Shown: positions 29,405 to 39,326, counted from the stretch's first letter. The stretch is DNA of 64,000 nucleotides from an uncultured delta proteobacterium (GCA_963756005.1 CAVWMC010000008.1:438541-502540); one strand, 5' to 3'. The notes: generated by a model not told the origin, from the letters alone. Translations and numbers: made by a program.

Positions 29405-30251
29405 GATGCCCCTCTGCTTTTCCGTTTTTGTTCTCTTCGCCGCCGCGGGTCAGGAAAGTCTGCACGCGTTGATCGGTGGAATGGGCCAGCAGGTCCTTGG
29501 GGTCGCCGTGCGCGATCATCGTTCTGCTTTCCGCGTCGAGAAAAACACTGTTGTTGCCGATTGCAAAAATACTCGCGAGCTCGTGGGTCACGACCACCAC
29601 CGTCGCGCCGAGGTTGTCGCGCAGCTCGAGGATCAAGTCGTCGAGCAGGCGCGAGCTTATCGGATCGAGGCCGGCCGACGGCTCGTCGAAGAAAAGAATC
29701 TCCGGGTCGAGCGCGATCGCGCGCGCGAGTCCCGCCCGCTTCTGCATGCCGCCGCTGATCTGACTCGGATAGTAGCCCTCGAAGCCCTTGAGCCCGACCA
29801 GCGCCAGCTTGAGCGCGGCGACATCGCGAATTTCCGACTGCGACAGATTGGTGAATTCGCCGAGCGGCAGTCCGACGTTTTCCGCCAGCGTCATCGAGCT
29901 CCACAGCGCGCCGCCCTGGTAGAGCACGCCGAAATGCCGCAGCATCTCCTCGCGCTGTTGCGGCTCGCCCTTGGTGAAATTGAAATCGCCATACCAGACT
30001 TCGCCCTTGGCCGGCTCGATCAATCCGAGCATGTGGCGGAGCAGGGTGCTTTTGCCGCTGCCGCTGCCGCCCATGATTACGAAGATGTCGCCGTGATTGA
30101 CGGTGAAGTTTATATCTTTCATCAAGACGAAGGTCCCGTACGCCATCGTCAGATTCTTCACGGTGACTGGCGGCGGTCCGTCTTTGGGAAAGGAAACGAC
30201 CGAGGCCGGCTTCCCGTCCGACGCTTTGATTGATGGATGCGGAGTCGTCAT
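29397..30251 (-). CDS. mlaF: MlaF-like ABC ATPase
   Basis: GGSGSGKS, SGGMQKRAGLARA, FFDEPSAGLDP and VTHEL. Confidence 0.9.
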   Translation of the reverse strand: MTTPHPSIKASDGKPASVVSFPKDGPPPVTVKNLTMAYGTFVLMKDINFTVNHGDIFVIMGGSGSGKSTLLRHMLGLIEPAKGEVWYGDFNFTKGEPQQREEMLRHFGVLYQGGALWSSMTLAENVGLPLGEFTNLSQSEIRDVAALKLALVGLKGFEGYYPSQISGGMQKRAGLARAIALDPEILFFDEPSAGLDPISSRLLDDLILELRDNLGATVVVVTHELASIFAIGNNSVFLDAESRTMIAHGDPKDLLAHSTDQRVQTFLTRGGEENKNGKAEGHHG

Positions 30252-31525
30252 TTCAGCGCGTCGCGCTCGACGCGACTGTAACTCTGGTCAATTTGCCCGG
30301 CGATATACTTAAACACTTCGCGCCATTGCCGCGGGTCGATCCCGTCTTCGTCGGCCGTCCGCACGATCACGACTTTCGCTTTTGGCGAGACGAAGATGAA
30401 CTGGCCGTAGGTGCCGATACCCATATAGCTGTAGTCGCCCGCGCTTTGCGAAATACCCCACCAGAAATATTTGTAATAACCACCGTTGTCCTGCCATCGA
30501 GTGAAGGTCTCCCATGGACGATGGTCGCCCGGATCGGGAGCGGTTGATCGGACGACCCAATCCGCGGGAACGATCTGCTTGCCGTCCCAATTGCCGTTAT
30601 CGAGATACAGCCGTCCGAACTTCGCCAGGTCTATAGCTCTCGCGTTGAGCAGTATCGGCGTTAGCTCGAAGCCATCAGCGCGGCTGTCGATGCTCCAGGT
30701 GGCGGGATACTCCATGCCGATAGGTTTCCAGATTTTCTCCTGGAGATATTGGCTAGGCGTGCGGCCCGTAGTCCGTTCCAGGATCATGCCTATGAGTTCG
30801 GCATTGAAGTTGTTGTAGTGAAATGATTGATCGGGCGGCTCGACGATCTTCAGATCGGACAGCAGCAGGCGCCGTAGATTGGGATAGTAGCCGGCCAGCA
30901 CGAATTCGTCCCATGGGAAGAAATTGATTCGGTATTGAATCCCCGACCTCATCGACAAGAGGTTTCTGATCGTGATCGCGCCGAAGCCCTGGTCTTTCAA
31001 CTCAGGCAGGTAGTTTACGATGGGGTCGTCGAGGCTCTTGATATAGCCCTCGGCGATCGCGATACCGACCAGGGCCGAGGTGACCGACTTTGACAGCGAC
31101 CATGCGGTGCATAGAGAGGCGCGCTCGAAGCCGTTGAAATAATCTTCGGCGAGCAGCCGGTTGTCGCGAACGACGATGAACGCATGAGTACCGGTCGTGC
31201 GCAGGAGCTCGTCGAGCGCGACTCGCTTGACCGCTTCGCCGTCTGTGTATTCCACCATCGCCGGAATCCGATCGCGGTTTCCCGGCGCGAAATGAAACGC
31301 GGCCGATGACTTGTCGATGCTGTGATACTCGTAATGCCGGTAATCGCCGGAACGGGATGAGACGAGGAATTGTGCGCCCCAAACGAAATAGCGGTAGAGG
31401 TAGCCTGGTTGTGTCCACGGTGCGGCGCTCGCCGGCGCGGCGAAAAGCAGACCAGCCGCCGCGCTGACCAATATCGCCAGGAACGACGCCGCGCCCCAGG
31501 GTTTATGAACTAGCGAGATAATCAC
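30248..31525 (-). CDS. Serine hydrolase, beta-lactamase class C/NylB-like, with signal peptide
   Basis: SxxK (WSLSKS), LLSMRSG, YxN (FHYNN), DLAKFGRLYL.NG.W and G.YGQ. Confidence 0.88.
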   Translation of the reverse strand: MIISLVHKPWGAASFLAILVSAAAGLLFAAPASAAPWTQPGYLYRYFVWGAQFLVSSRSGDYRHYEYHSIDKSSAAFHFAPGNRDRIPAMVEYTDGEAVKRVALDELLRTTGTHAFIVVRDNRLLAEDYFNGFERASLCTAWSLSKSVTSALVGIAIAEGYIKSLDDPIVNYLPELKDQGFGAITIRNLLSMRSGIQYRINFFPWDEFVLAGYYPNLRRLLLSDLKIVEPPDQSFHYNNFNAELIGMILERTTGRTPSQYLQEKIWKPIGMEYPATWSIDSRADGFELTPILLNARAIDLAKFGRLYLDNGNWDGKQIVPADWVVRSTAPDPGDHRPWETFTRWQDNGGYYKYFWWGISQSAGDYSYMGIGTYGQFIFVSPKAKVVIVRTADEDGIDPRQWREVFKYIAGQIDQSYSRVERDALK

Positions 31526-32677
31526 CTAAATACCGATCACGTTGAAGATGAAGGCGAAGAGTCCGCAGGCGACGATCACGTAAACGATTCCCGTGACCAC
31601 CGCCTCTGTCGCCGCGTCGCCGACCGCCGACGAGCTGTTGCCGCACTGGAATCCGCGCAGGCATCCGGCGACCGCGATGATGATGCCGTAAACGGCAGCC
31701 TTGAAAACACCGCCGAAGATGTCAGTCAGCGTGACCGCCGCGCGCGTCTCGCGCAGATAGGTGCCGAGCGGGATATGGAGCATCGTCGCGCTGACGAACG
31801 CGCCGCCGGCCACGCCGAGGCAATCGGAATACACGCACAGCAGCGGAATCATCAGGAACAGCGCGAGCACGCGCGGCAGCACCAGGAATTCGAGCGGTGA
31901 GATTCCCATCGTGGTCAGCGCGTCGATTTCCTGAGTCACTTTCATCGAGCCGAGCTGAGCGGCGAACGCGGCGCCGGTGCGGCCCGCCATGATAATCGCC
32001 GCCATCATCGCGCCCATGTCGCGGCTCATCGCGATTCCCACCAGGTCGGCGACGAAGATCGACGCGCCGAACTGCTGCAACTGCACCGCACCCTCGAAGG
32101 CGAGAATCACGCCGACCAGGAACGTGACCAGCGTCACGATGCCGAACGCGCTGGCGCCGCAATCCTGGATTATGATCATCAGATCGACGCGGCGAAACCG
32201 CGCCTTGCCGACCGCCAGCTTGGCAAACGCGATCGCGACTTCGCCCAGGAAGCGTAAGAAATCGTCGAGTCCCTGCGCATAGGAAATAGCTTCGTGGCCG
32301 AGCTCCTCGATGAACGTGCTATGCGACGCCTCGTGACGCGCGCCGGTTTTTTCCGGCACCGCTTCCGCCAACTGGATCAGACTGCGCACGCCTTCGGGCA
32401 GCGGGCTCCAGTCGGCGGGCAACTTGCGCTTATGGCATAGCTCGCTGATGCTCATCAGAAACGTGAGCAGGCCGCTGTCCCAGTCGCGCAGATCGGCGGC
32501 GTCGAAGGTCAGCCTGGTCGGTTTCGGATCGGCGTCGAGTTGTTTCTCTACCAGAGTCGCCGAGGGCAGGCCGTGACGAAGATGCCAATCGCCGGCGAGC
32601 CGGACGACCAGCGTGGATTTGTCGGCGCGCGCGAACGAGAGTTCGTTATTCGGTTGGGTTTGCTTTTGCGCCTGCAT
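31526..32677 (-). CDS. mlaE: MlaE-like ABC permease with N-terminal STAS-like domain
   Basis: WDSGL, GRTGAAFAAQLGSMKVTQEIDAL..MG, LPR and VGDAAT.AVV. Confidence 0.9.
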   Translation of the reverse strand: MQAQKQTQPNNELSFARADKSTLVVRLAGDWHLRHGLPSATLVEKQLDADPKPTRLTFDAADLRDWDSGLLTFLMSISELCHKRKLPADWSPLPEGVRSLIQLAEAVPEKTGARHEASHSTFIEELGHEAISYAQGLDDFLRFLGEVAIAFAKLAVGKARFRRVDLMIIIQDCGASAFGIVTLVTFLVGVILAFEGAVQLQQFGASIFVADLVGIAMSRDMGAMMAAIIMAGRTGAAFAAQLGSMKVTQEIDALTTMGISPLEFLVLPRVLALFLMIPLLCVYSDCLGVAGGAFVSATMLHIPLGTYLRETRAAVTLTDIFGGVFKAAVYGIIIAVAGCLRGFQCGNSSSAVGDAATEAVVTGIVYVIVACGLFAFIFNVIGI

Positions 32678-32788
32678 TCGTGCGGCTCAATAGCACGCGG
32701 GTAAACGGTAGCACAATTCTTGGCCGTTCGATGATTTAACCGACCCTTTCATGAGCCTACGGTCAGGGTATCGAATACAATATTTCCA

Positions 32789-33790
32789 ATGAAGGCGATG
32801 GTGGTCGAGCAGCCCGCGCCGATCGAGTCGGATCCGATCCATGCGATCGACGCGCCAATACCCGAACCGGGGCCGGGAGAAATTCTGGTGCGCGTGCGCA
32901 CTTGCGGAGTTTGCCGCACCGACCTCCACGTCGCCGAAGGCGACCTGCCGCCGCGCCATCCGCGAATCATCCCGGGGCACGAAGTGGTGGGCGTCGTGGA
33001 CAAGCGCGGCGTCGGCAGTGCTCGTTTCAAGCAGGGCGATCGGGTCGGCATCGCATGGCTGCGCGAGACCTGCGGCGTATGCGTCTATTGCCGTCGCGGC
33101 CGCGAGAATCTATGCCCCAACGCGCGCTTCACCGGCTACGATCACGACGGCGGCTACTGCGAATACGCCGTCGTGCGCGAGGACTTCGCGTACGCGATCC
33201 CCGCTTCGCTCGGTGACGAAGAAGCGGCGCCGCTGTTGTGCGCCGGAATAATCGGGTTCCGCGCAATCAGGCGCGCCGACATCAAGCCCGGCGCGACGGT
33301 CGGCCTCTACGGCTTCGGCGGCTCGGCGCATCTGGCGATCCAGGTGCTGCGGCATTGGGGATGCCGCGTGTTCGTCATGAGCCGCGGCGGCCCGCATCGC
33401 GATTTGGCGAGAGAGCTCGGCGCCGAATGGATCGGCAACGCCGAAGACGCGCCACCGGCGCCGCTCGACGCGGCAATCCTGTTCGCGCCGGCGGGGAACC
33501 TCGTGCTGCCAGCGATGCAAGCGCTCGATCGCGGCGGGATTCTCGCTGTCGCGGGAATTTACCTGAGTCCGATCCCCTCGCTCGATTATCAAAAACATCT
33601 GTTCTACGAAAAAGAACTTCGCAGCGTGACCGCCAACACTCGCGCCGACGGCGATGAGTTCCTGAAACTCGCGGCCGAGATCCCGATTCGTATCAGCACG
33701 ATGGCCTTCGGCCTCAGCGAAGCGAACGTCGCGCTCAAGATGCTCAAGCACGACGAAATCAAAGGCGCCGGCGTCCTCCGAATTTGGTGA
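32789..33790 (+). CDS. Zinc-dependent alcohol dehydrogenase family protein
   Basis: CGVCRTDLH, PGHEVVG, CGVCVYC..ENLC, LLCAG and GLYGFG. Confidence 0.92.
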   Translation: MKAMVVEQPAPIESDPIHAIDAPIPEPGPGEILVRVRTCGVCRTDLHVAEGDLPPRHPRIIPGHEVVGVVDKRGVGSARFKQGDRVGIAWLRETCGVCVYCRRGRENLCPNARFTGYDHDGGYCEYAVVREDFAYAIPASLGDEEAAPLLCAGIIGFRAIRRADIKPGATVGLYGFGGSAHLAIQVLRHWGCRVFVMSRGGPHRDLARELGAEWIGNAEDAPPAPLDAAILFAPAGNLVLPAMQALDRGGILAVAGIYLSPIPSLDYQKHLFYEKELRSVTANTRADGDEFLKLAAEIPIRISTMAFGLSEANVALKMLKHDEIKGAGVLRIW

Positions 33791-33793
33791 GGA

Positions 33794-33860
33794 ACTTGAT
33801 TTAAACGTGAAACCCCTCCTGGGTTTCACACTTCCTTGGGCAGGGGATAACCCCTGCACC
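33794..33860 (+). repeat. REP-like two-hairpin element family A
   Basis: Near-identical to 7726-7790. Confidence 0.85.
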
Positions 33861-33926
33861 TTAGCGAGAAGAAATCGCGAAATGTCGAGGACGCCATTTC
33901 GCTCGAGGGGTTAGTGAGGATCCGAC

Positions 33927-33997
33927 TCTTACCTCGCCCGTTATTTCACGGGAGAGGCGGCCGACCGCACCGCGGTCGGTAGGTGAGGGTGCTGCGA
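33927..33997 (+). repeat. REP-like element family B
   Basis: tacctcgcccgttatttcacgggagagg..hairpin..taggtgagggtgctgcga; also at 38242 (+) and 38445-38548 (-). Confidence 0.88.
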
Positions 33998-34027
33998 AAT
34001 CATCTCAACGGCTAGACGCTTAGCGCT

Positions 34028-34061
34028 TTGTGTCATTCTCGAGCCCAGCGAAGAATCCCGG
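34028..34061 (+). repeat. REP-like element family C (tgtcatt..gagc..agcgaagaatccc)
   Basis: Near-identical to the reverse complement of 38408-38440. Confidence 0.8.
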
Positions 34062-34092
34062 AAGCAGTGCTCAAGGTATCAAGAGGCCCGAC

Positions 34093-34638
34093 TTAGTGCC
34101 CGGGACCTCGAAAGGCGCACAATTTCTCGTCGTCGCAAATTGCGTAGATGGTGGCGTCATCACCGAGTACGGGACTTCCGACTTCATGCTCATATTTCCA
34201 CTTGAGCGTGCCGTTCGGATTTACAGCCCATAGACCATCACCGCTGAGAAAAACTGTGCCCTCCGCACCAATGGCGGGTCGCCACGAAACTCTCCCCGAT
34301 TCCGCATCGAAAAACTTCCACTTGACTTTGCCGTCGGGAGTCATCGCGTCCAGGTATGCCGCTTATGGCGTAAAGATGGCTCGAATGTGTATGGCGTTTG
34401 CTCCGATCGCTGGAATCGAAAATCGATGCCACGCGGCACGCGGCTGATACTTCCATTTAAGTACGCCGGAGTTCGCGGCGGCGCCGCGCTCACCTCTGCC
34501 ACTATGAGCGGGATCGTTCCCCAGCATCGGCCACCCAGGTGGATTCGTCTGTTGGGGTGCGGCAAGTCCAGCAGCCACATAGATCAAGGCTGCGACACAG
34601 GTGGCTAGAGCCCCAACTCGATGCAAGTTTTGCTTCAC
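34093..34638 (-). pseudogene. Degraded secreted PQQ-like (BamB-type) beta-propeller repeat protein
   Basis: Signal peptide; WPMLGND..HSG, LKWKY, PAIG, DGKVKWKF and NGTLKWKY repeats; in-frame TAA at 34363-34365; HLYAI motif out of frame. Confidence 0.65.
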
Positions 34639-34742
34639 TCAGAGCCCCAGCTTCATTAGAGTTCGTTGACGTGCTGACGCGTGAGGCTTGCTAGCCTTCA
34701 ACTGTAGCGAATTAACGTATATATCAAGCGCCAGAGGCTTCA

Positions 34743-35276
34743 ATGGCATTAGTTAAAAGCGGGCTCGAGTCGGCCAAGGGCGACGAGATTCTGCTCGGCG
34801 ATACCGCGGTCCTGACCCGGCTCGACAAGGCGCTGGGCTGGGCGCGAAAATTTTCGATCTTTCCTTATCCATTCGCGACGGCGTGCTGCGCGATGGAATA
34901 TATGTCGCTCTCGATGACGCCCTACGACATCGATCGCTTCGGCGCGCTGCTGCCGCGCTTCACGCCGCGGCAAGCCGACCTGCTGATGGTGATCGGCACC
35001 GTGACGGTTCGCCAGGGACCGATTCTGCGCCGCGTTTACGAGCAGATGGCGGAGCCGAAGTGGGTGATGGCGTTTGGCGCGTGCGCTTCGACCGGCGGCT
35101 TCTACGACAATTACGCGACGCTACCCGGCATCGACCGGATCGTCCCGGTTGACGTGTATGTTCCCGGATGTCCGCCGCGACCCGAGGGCGTGCTTGACGC
35201 GCTGATGGCGTTGCAGCGCAAAATCCAGGGGCAGAAACAGAAACTGATGGCGCTCAGCGAAAAGCATCCCGCCTGA
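34743..35276 (+). CDS. nuoB: NADH-quinone oxidoreductase subunit B
   Basis: ATACCAME, RFTPRQADL, QMAEPKWV, GACASTGG and YVPGCPPRPE. Confidence 0.93.
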   Translation: MALVKSGLESAKGDEILLGDTAVLTRLDKALGWARKFSIFPYPFATACCAMEYMSLSMTPYDIDRFGALLPRFTPRQADLLMVIGTVTVRQGPILRRVYEQMAEPKWVMAFGACASTGGFYDNYATLPGIDRIVPVDVYVPGCPPRPEGVLDALMALQRKIQGQKQKLMALSEKHPA

Positions 35277-35307
35277 ACCACGAACACAACGAGCGAACCG
35301 GATTCAC

Positions 35308-36597
35308 ATGGAACGGATACTGACTCGCTGGCTGGATATCCCTGATCTTCGCAAACTCGACGTGTACGTCGGCAACGGCGGATACAAGGCGCTGCGCAAA
35401 GCGCTGTTCGAGATGAAGCCCGAGGAGATTATCAACGAGGTCAAGAACTCGAATCTTCGCGGACGCGGCGGCGCGGCGTTTCCGACCGGCGTCAAGTGGA
35501 GCTTCATCCCGAAGGACTCGAAGAAGCCGGTGTACCTGTGCTGCAACGCCGACGAGAGCGAGCCCGGCACCTTTGCCAATCGCTACGAGCTGGAGCTCGA
35601 CCCGCACTGCATCATCGAGGGTATCGCGATCGCGTGCCGCGCAGTCGGTGCGCATACGGCGTACACGTACCTGCGCGGCGAGTTCACGGTGCAGAAGAGA
35701 ATCTTCGACGCCGCGGTCGCGGAGGCATACGCCAACAATTACCTCGGCAAGAACATCCTCGGCAGCGGCTTCGACCTCGACGTGTTCACGCATCGCGGTG
35801 CGGGCGCGTACATCTGCGGCGAGGAAACCGGCCTGCTCGAATCGCTCGAAGGCAAGCGCGCGTATCCGCGCAACCGTCCGCCGTTCCCCGCGATTCAGGG
35901 CGCCTTCCAGAGCCCGACGGTCGTCAACAATGTCGAGACGCTGTCGAACGTCCCGCACATCATCAATCGCGGCGCCGACTGGTACAAATCGATCGGCCCC
36001 GAGAAGAGTCCCGGCCCGAAACTTTTCTGCCTCTCCGGCCACATCAACAAACCGGGATTGTACGAATTGCCGATGGGCTTTCCGCTGAAGGATCTGATCT
36101 ACGATGTGGGCGGCGGAATCCTCGGCGGCAAGGCGCTCAAGGGCGTCATCCCCGGCGGATCGTCGTTCCCGATCTTCACCGCGGAAGAGGCGGTGAAGGT
36201 CAACATGGATTTCGATTCCGTGCGCGCGGCCGGCTCGCTGATGGGCACGGCCGGCGTGATGGTGATGGCCGAAGGCACCTGCATGGTCGATATGCTCAAA
36301 ACGATCGCGCATTTCTATCATCACGAATCATGCGGACAGTGCACGCCATGCCGCGAAGGATGCGGCTGGATCGAGAAGTTGCTGATCGACCTCGAAGCGG
36401 GCCGCGGCAAGATGGAAGACCTCAAGGTCATGTACGACGCCGCCGCCAACATGGAGGGCAACACGATTTGCGTGCTGGCCGACAGCCTCTCGATGCCGGT
36501 GAAGAGCTTCCTGCCCAAGTATCGCGACGAGTTCGAGGCGCACATCAAGCTCGGACGCTGTCCGTTCAAGACTGCGACCGCGCAGCAGGCTGCCTGA
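35308..36597 (+). CDS. nuoF: NADH-quinone oxidoreductase subunit F
   Basis: LRGRGGAAFPTGVKW, NADESEPG, GAGAYICGEET and HESCGQCTPCREG. Confidence 0.93.
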   Translation: MERILTRWLDIPDLRKLDVYVGNGGYKALRKALFEMKPEEIINEVKNSNLRGRGGAAFPTGVKWSFIPKDSKKPVYLCCNADESEPGTFANRYELELDPHCIIEGIAIACRAVGAHTAYTYLRGEFTVQKRIFDAAVAEAYANNYLGKNILGSGFDLDVFTHRGAGAYICGEETGLLESLEGKRAYPRNRPPFPAIQGAFQSPTVVNNVETLSNVPHIINRGADWYKSIGPEKSPGPKLFCLSGHINKPGLYELPMGFPLKDLIYDVGGGILGGKALKGVIPGGSSFPIFTAEEAVKVNMDFDSVRAAGSLMGTAGVMVMAEGTCMVDMLKTIAHFYHHESCGQCTPCREGCGWIEKLLIDLEAGRGKMEDLKVMYDAAANMEGNTICVLADSLSMPVKSFLPKYRDEFEAHIKLGRCPFKTATAQQAA

Positions 36598-36598
36598 C

Positions 36599-38185
36599 AT
36601 GCCGAAACTCACAATCGACGGCAAGGAAGTTGAGGCTGGCGCCAACCTGAACGTGATTCAGGCGGGGGAACTGGTCGGCGTCGAGATTCCGCACTACTGC
36701 TATCATCCCGGCCTGACCATCGTCGGCAACTGCCGGATGTGCCTGGTCGAAATCGAAAAAGCGCCCAAGCTGCAGATCGCCTGCAACACGCGCGTCGCCG
36801 AGGGCATGGTGGTCCACACCAAGAGCGCCAAGGCCGTCGCCGCGCAGAAGGCGGTGCTCGAATTTCTGCTGATCAATCACCCGATCGATTGTCCGGTTTG
36901 CGATCAGGCCGGCGAGTGCAAGCTGCAAGACTACTACATGGATTACGATCAGCAGCCGTCGCGCTTTCCGCTGCCCGAGAAAAATCACAAGGGCAAGGCG
37001 ATCGACATCGGATCGGGCGTGATGCTCGATCAGGAGCGATGTATCCTGTGCGCGCGATGCACGCGGTTCTTCGATGAAGTGACGAAGACGTCGGAGCTGG
37101 CGATTTTCGAGCGCGGCGATCACAACCGCATCGACATCAATCCCGGCCAGCCGGTCAACAACAAGTACGCGGGCAACGTCGTCGATATATGCCCGGTCGG
37201 CGCGCTCACGGAAAAAGAATTCCGCTTCCGGATGCGCGTGTGGTACCTGCATCGCACGGCGTCGGTGTGCGGCGGATGCGAGCGCGGATGTGCGATCGAC
37301 ATCCATCATCATCGCGGACGCATCTACCGCTTCAAGCCGCGCTACAGCGCCACGGTCAACAGCTACTGGATGTGCGACGAGGGCCGTCACAGCTTTCCCG
37401 CGCTTCAAAACGAGACGCGGCTGACGTCGCCGCTCGTGCAGTCGAAGGATCAGCTGGTGGTCGAGCCGTGGGGCGAAGGCGTCAGGCGCGCGGCGTCGAT
37501 CATTGCGGATTACAAACGATCGTACGGCGGCAATTCGATCGCGGCGGTCGTCGATGCGACCTCGACTAACGAGGAAGCGTTCGCGCTCAAGCAGTTGATG
37601 AAGACCGCGATTGGTTCCGACCGAATCGCGACGCTAAGTTGGTCGCCGCCGGACGCGAGTGGCGATGACGAGCTGCTGATCCGCGCCAACAAGAATCCCA
37701 ACACGCGCGGTCTCGCGGCGCTCGGACTCTCGGCCGGCGGACTCGACGGGCTCGCATCCGCGGTCGCGTCGGGCGAACTCAAGATGCTCATTTCATTTCG
37801 CGCCGACCTGGTTCGCGCGATAGGCGAAGAAGAATTCGTCAGGCGCTTCGGCGCGCTCGACTACATGATGGTGCTATCGACCGACGCCAACGAGACTTGC
37901 CAGATGGCGAATCAGGTCTGGCCGATCGCGGCGTATCCCGAAATCGACGGCAGCTTCACGAACTTCCAGGGCCGCGTCCAGCGAATCCACGCCGCGTTCC
38001 CGCCGCCGGGAAGCGCAATCGCCGGCGTCGAGGCAATCGCGCGACTCGGCCACGCACTCGACGGCATCGATCGTCCGAAATCAGCGGACAGCATCTTCGC
38101 CGCGATGGCGTCCACGGAGCCCGCGTTCAAAGGGCTGGCATTCGCGAATCTCGGCGAGCAGGGCTCCGACCTCGTCGCGAGTTAG
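36599..38185 (+). CDS. nuoG: NADH-quinone oxidoreductase subunit G (short form, 528 aa)
   Basis: N1b CYHP..GNCRMCLVE; N5 HPIDCPVCDQAGEC; N4 CILCARC..CPVGAL; N7 CGGCERGC..CDEGR. Confidence 0.88.
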   Translation: MPKLTIDGKEVEAGANLNVIQAGELVGVEIPHYCYHPGLTIVGNCRMCLVEIEKAPKLQIACNTRVAEGMVVHTKSAKAVAAQKAVLEFLLINHPIDCPVCDQAGECKLQDYYMDYDQQPSRFPLPEKNHKGKAIDIGSGVMLDQERCILCARCTRFFDEVTKTSELAIFERGDHNRIDINPGQPVNNKYAGNVVDICPVGALTEKEFRFRMRVWYLHRTASVCGGCERGCAIDIHHHRGRIYRFKPRYSATVNSYWMCDEGRHSFPALQNETRLTSPLVQSKDQLVVEPWGEGVRRAASIIADYKRSYGGNSIAAVVDATSTNEEAFALKQLMKTAIGSDRIATLSWSPPDASGDDELLIRANKNPNTRGLAALGLSAGGLDGLASAVASGELKMLISFRADLVRAIGEEEFVRRFGALDYMMVLSTDANETCQMANQVWPIAAYPEIDGSFTNFQGRVQRIHAAFPPPGSAIAGVEAIARLGHALDGIDRPKSADSIFAAMASTEPAFKGLAFANLGEQGSDLVAS

Positions 38186-38241
38186 ACTCCGAGTCTGTTT
38201 CCTAGTTTTGTGTTCTTTTGAGCGGCCGCTGCGGCCTCTGA

Positions 38242-38548
38242 TACCTCGCCCGTTATTTCACGGGAGAGGAGGCCAGCCGCATCGCGGCTGGTAGGTGAGG
38301 GTGCTGCGACTCAAGCTGAGCGCGCGCAATGTCGAGTTATTTTTCTTCGGAGCAGATCGATCCGCGAGGCCGCAAGTGAAGGCGAAGTGCTTTACATCGA
38401 GAAAGAACCGGGATTCTTCGCTGCGCTCTGAATGACACAAGAATAATAACTCGACATTGCGCGCCTGCAGCTTGAACCGCGGCACCCTCACCTACCGGCG
38501 GCTGCGCCCGCCGGCCGCCTCTCCCGTGAAATAACGGGCGAGGTAAGA
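38242..38548. repeat. Composite palindromic element: two inverted ~100-bp family-B arms around a family-C copy
   Basis: 38242-38342 is approximately the reverse complement of 38445-38545; family C at 38408-38440; lies between convergent genes. Confidence 0.88.
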
Positions 38549-38576
38549 TTCGCTGCGCTCAACAAAACAAAAGTCA

Positions 38577-39326
38577 TCAACTGTGACAGTTGAAACGGAA
38601 GCTTGATTTGCCGCTGCGAATTCTGGCGATTCTGGTTTTGATCTTCGGCGTGATTGGCAGGTCCGGGAATGCTTTGACGAAGGCTTGCAAGCCGGCGGCG
38701 GTCTTGTCGGCGTTGTCGCAGGTGCAGATGCCTGACAGCAGTTCCGATTCGAGGCTGTCGATTTCGCCTTGCGCTTCCGACGCGTAGTTGTCGGGATAGG
38801 TTGTGCGGAAGGTCATCCAGCCGCGGTAGAGATCGATCATCAGCTTGCCATCGAAACGCGTGCATCCGGTCTCGCCGGTCTGCTGCTGGATGTAGGCGGG
38901 GAACGGGCCGTTGCCGTCGGGCTCGGTGCGCGAGTAGATGTCGAAGAAGGCGCGGTCGGCTTTGGTGCCCTGTTTGCGAGCGAGGGCTTTGAAGTAATCG
39001 ACGCTCGGACGCACGACTATCACCGCTTCGCGCACCACGATGAAGCCCTGCATCTGGCGCTGGACTTGCTGATACTGCGATTCGCTGAGATCGGGCAGGA
39101 CGGCTTGCACTTGCGGACTCGCCTGCATGCCGGCCTCGAAGACCGGCTCGATGGAACTCTTGCCGCGCGCCGTTCGTACTTCGTCCAGCGCCGCCGCGTA
39201 GTCGGCCACCGAGGGCGGGATCTCAACGCCGGCCGCGGCTGCCCGGATCGCAAAGCAGGCAATCGCGATTGCGATGGCGAGTTGCCAGCGGAAGAGGGCG
39301 GGCGACGGATTAGCCGACGTGTGCAA
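38577..39326 (-). CDS. Hypothetical secreted protein
   Basis: Signal-peptide-like N-terminus, GC-biased codons, several Cys; start uncertain. Confidence 0.7.
   Translation of the reverse strand: MHTSANPSPALFRWQLAIAIAIACFAIRAAAAGVEIPPSVADYAAALDEVRTARGKSSIEPVFEAGMQASPQVQAVLPDLSESQYQQVQRQMQGFIVVREAVIVVRPSVDYFKALARKQGTKADRAFFDIYSRTEPDGNGPFPAYIQQQTGETGCTRFDGKLMIDLYRGWMTFRTTYPDNYASEAQGEIDSLESELLSGICTCDNADKTAAGLQAFVKAFPDLPITPKIKTRIARIRSGKSSFRFNCHS

Noticed and set aside
33794-38548. Repeats as a possible CRISPR array or tRNA
   Set aside because: No regular repeat-spacer periodicity, no cas genes, no cloverleaf or T-loop motifs.
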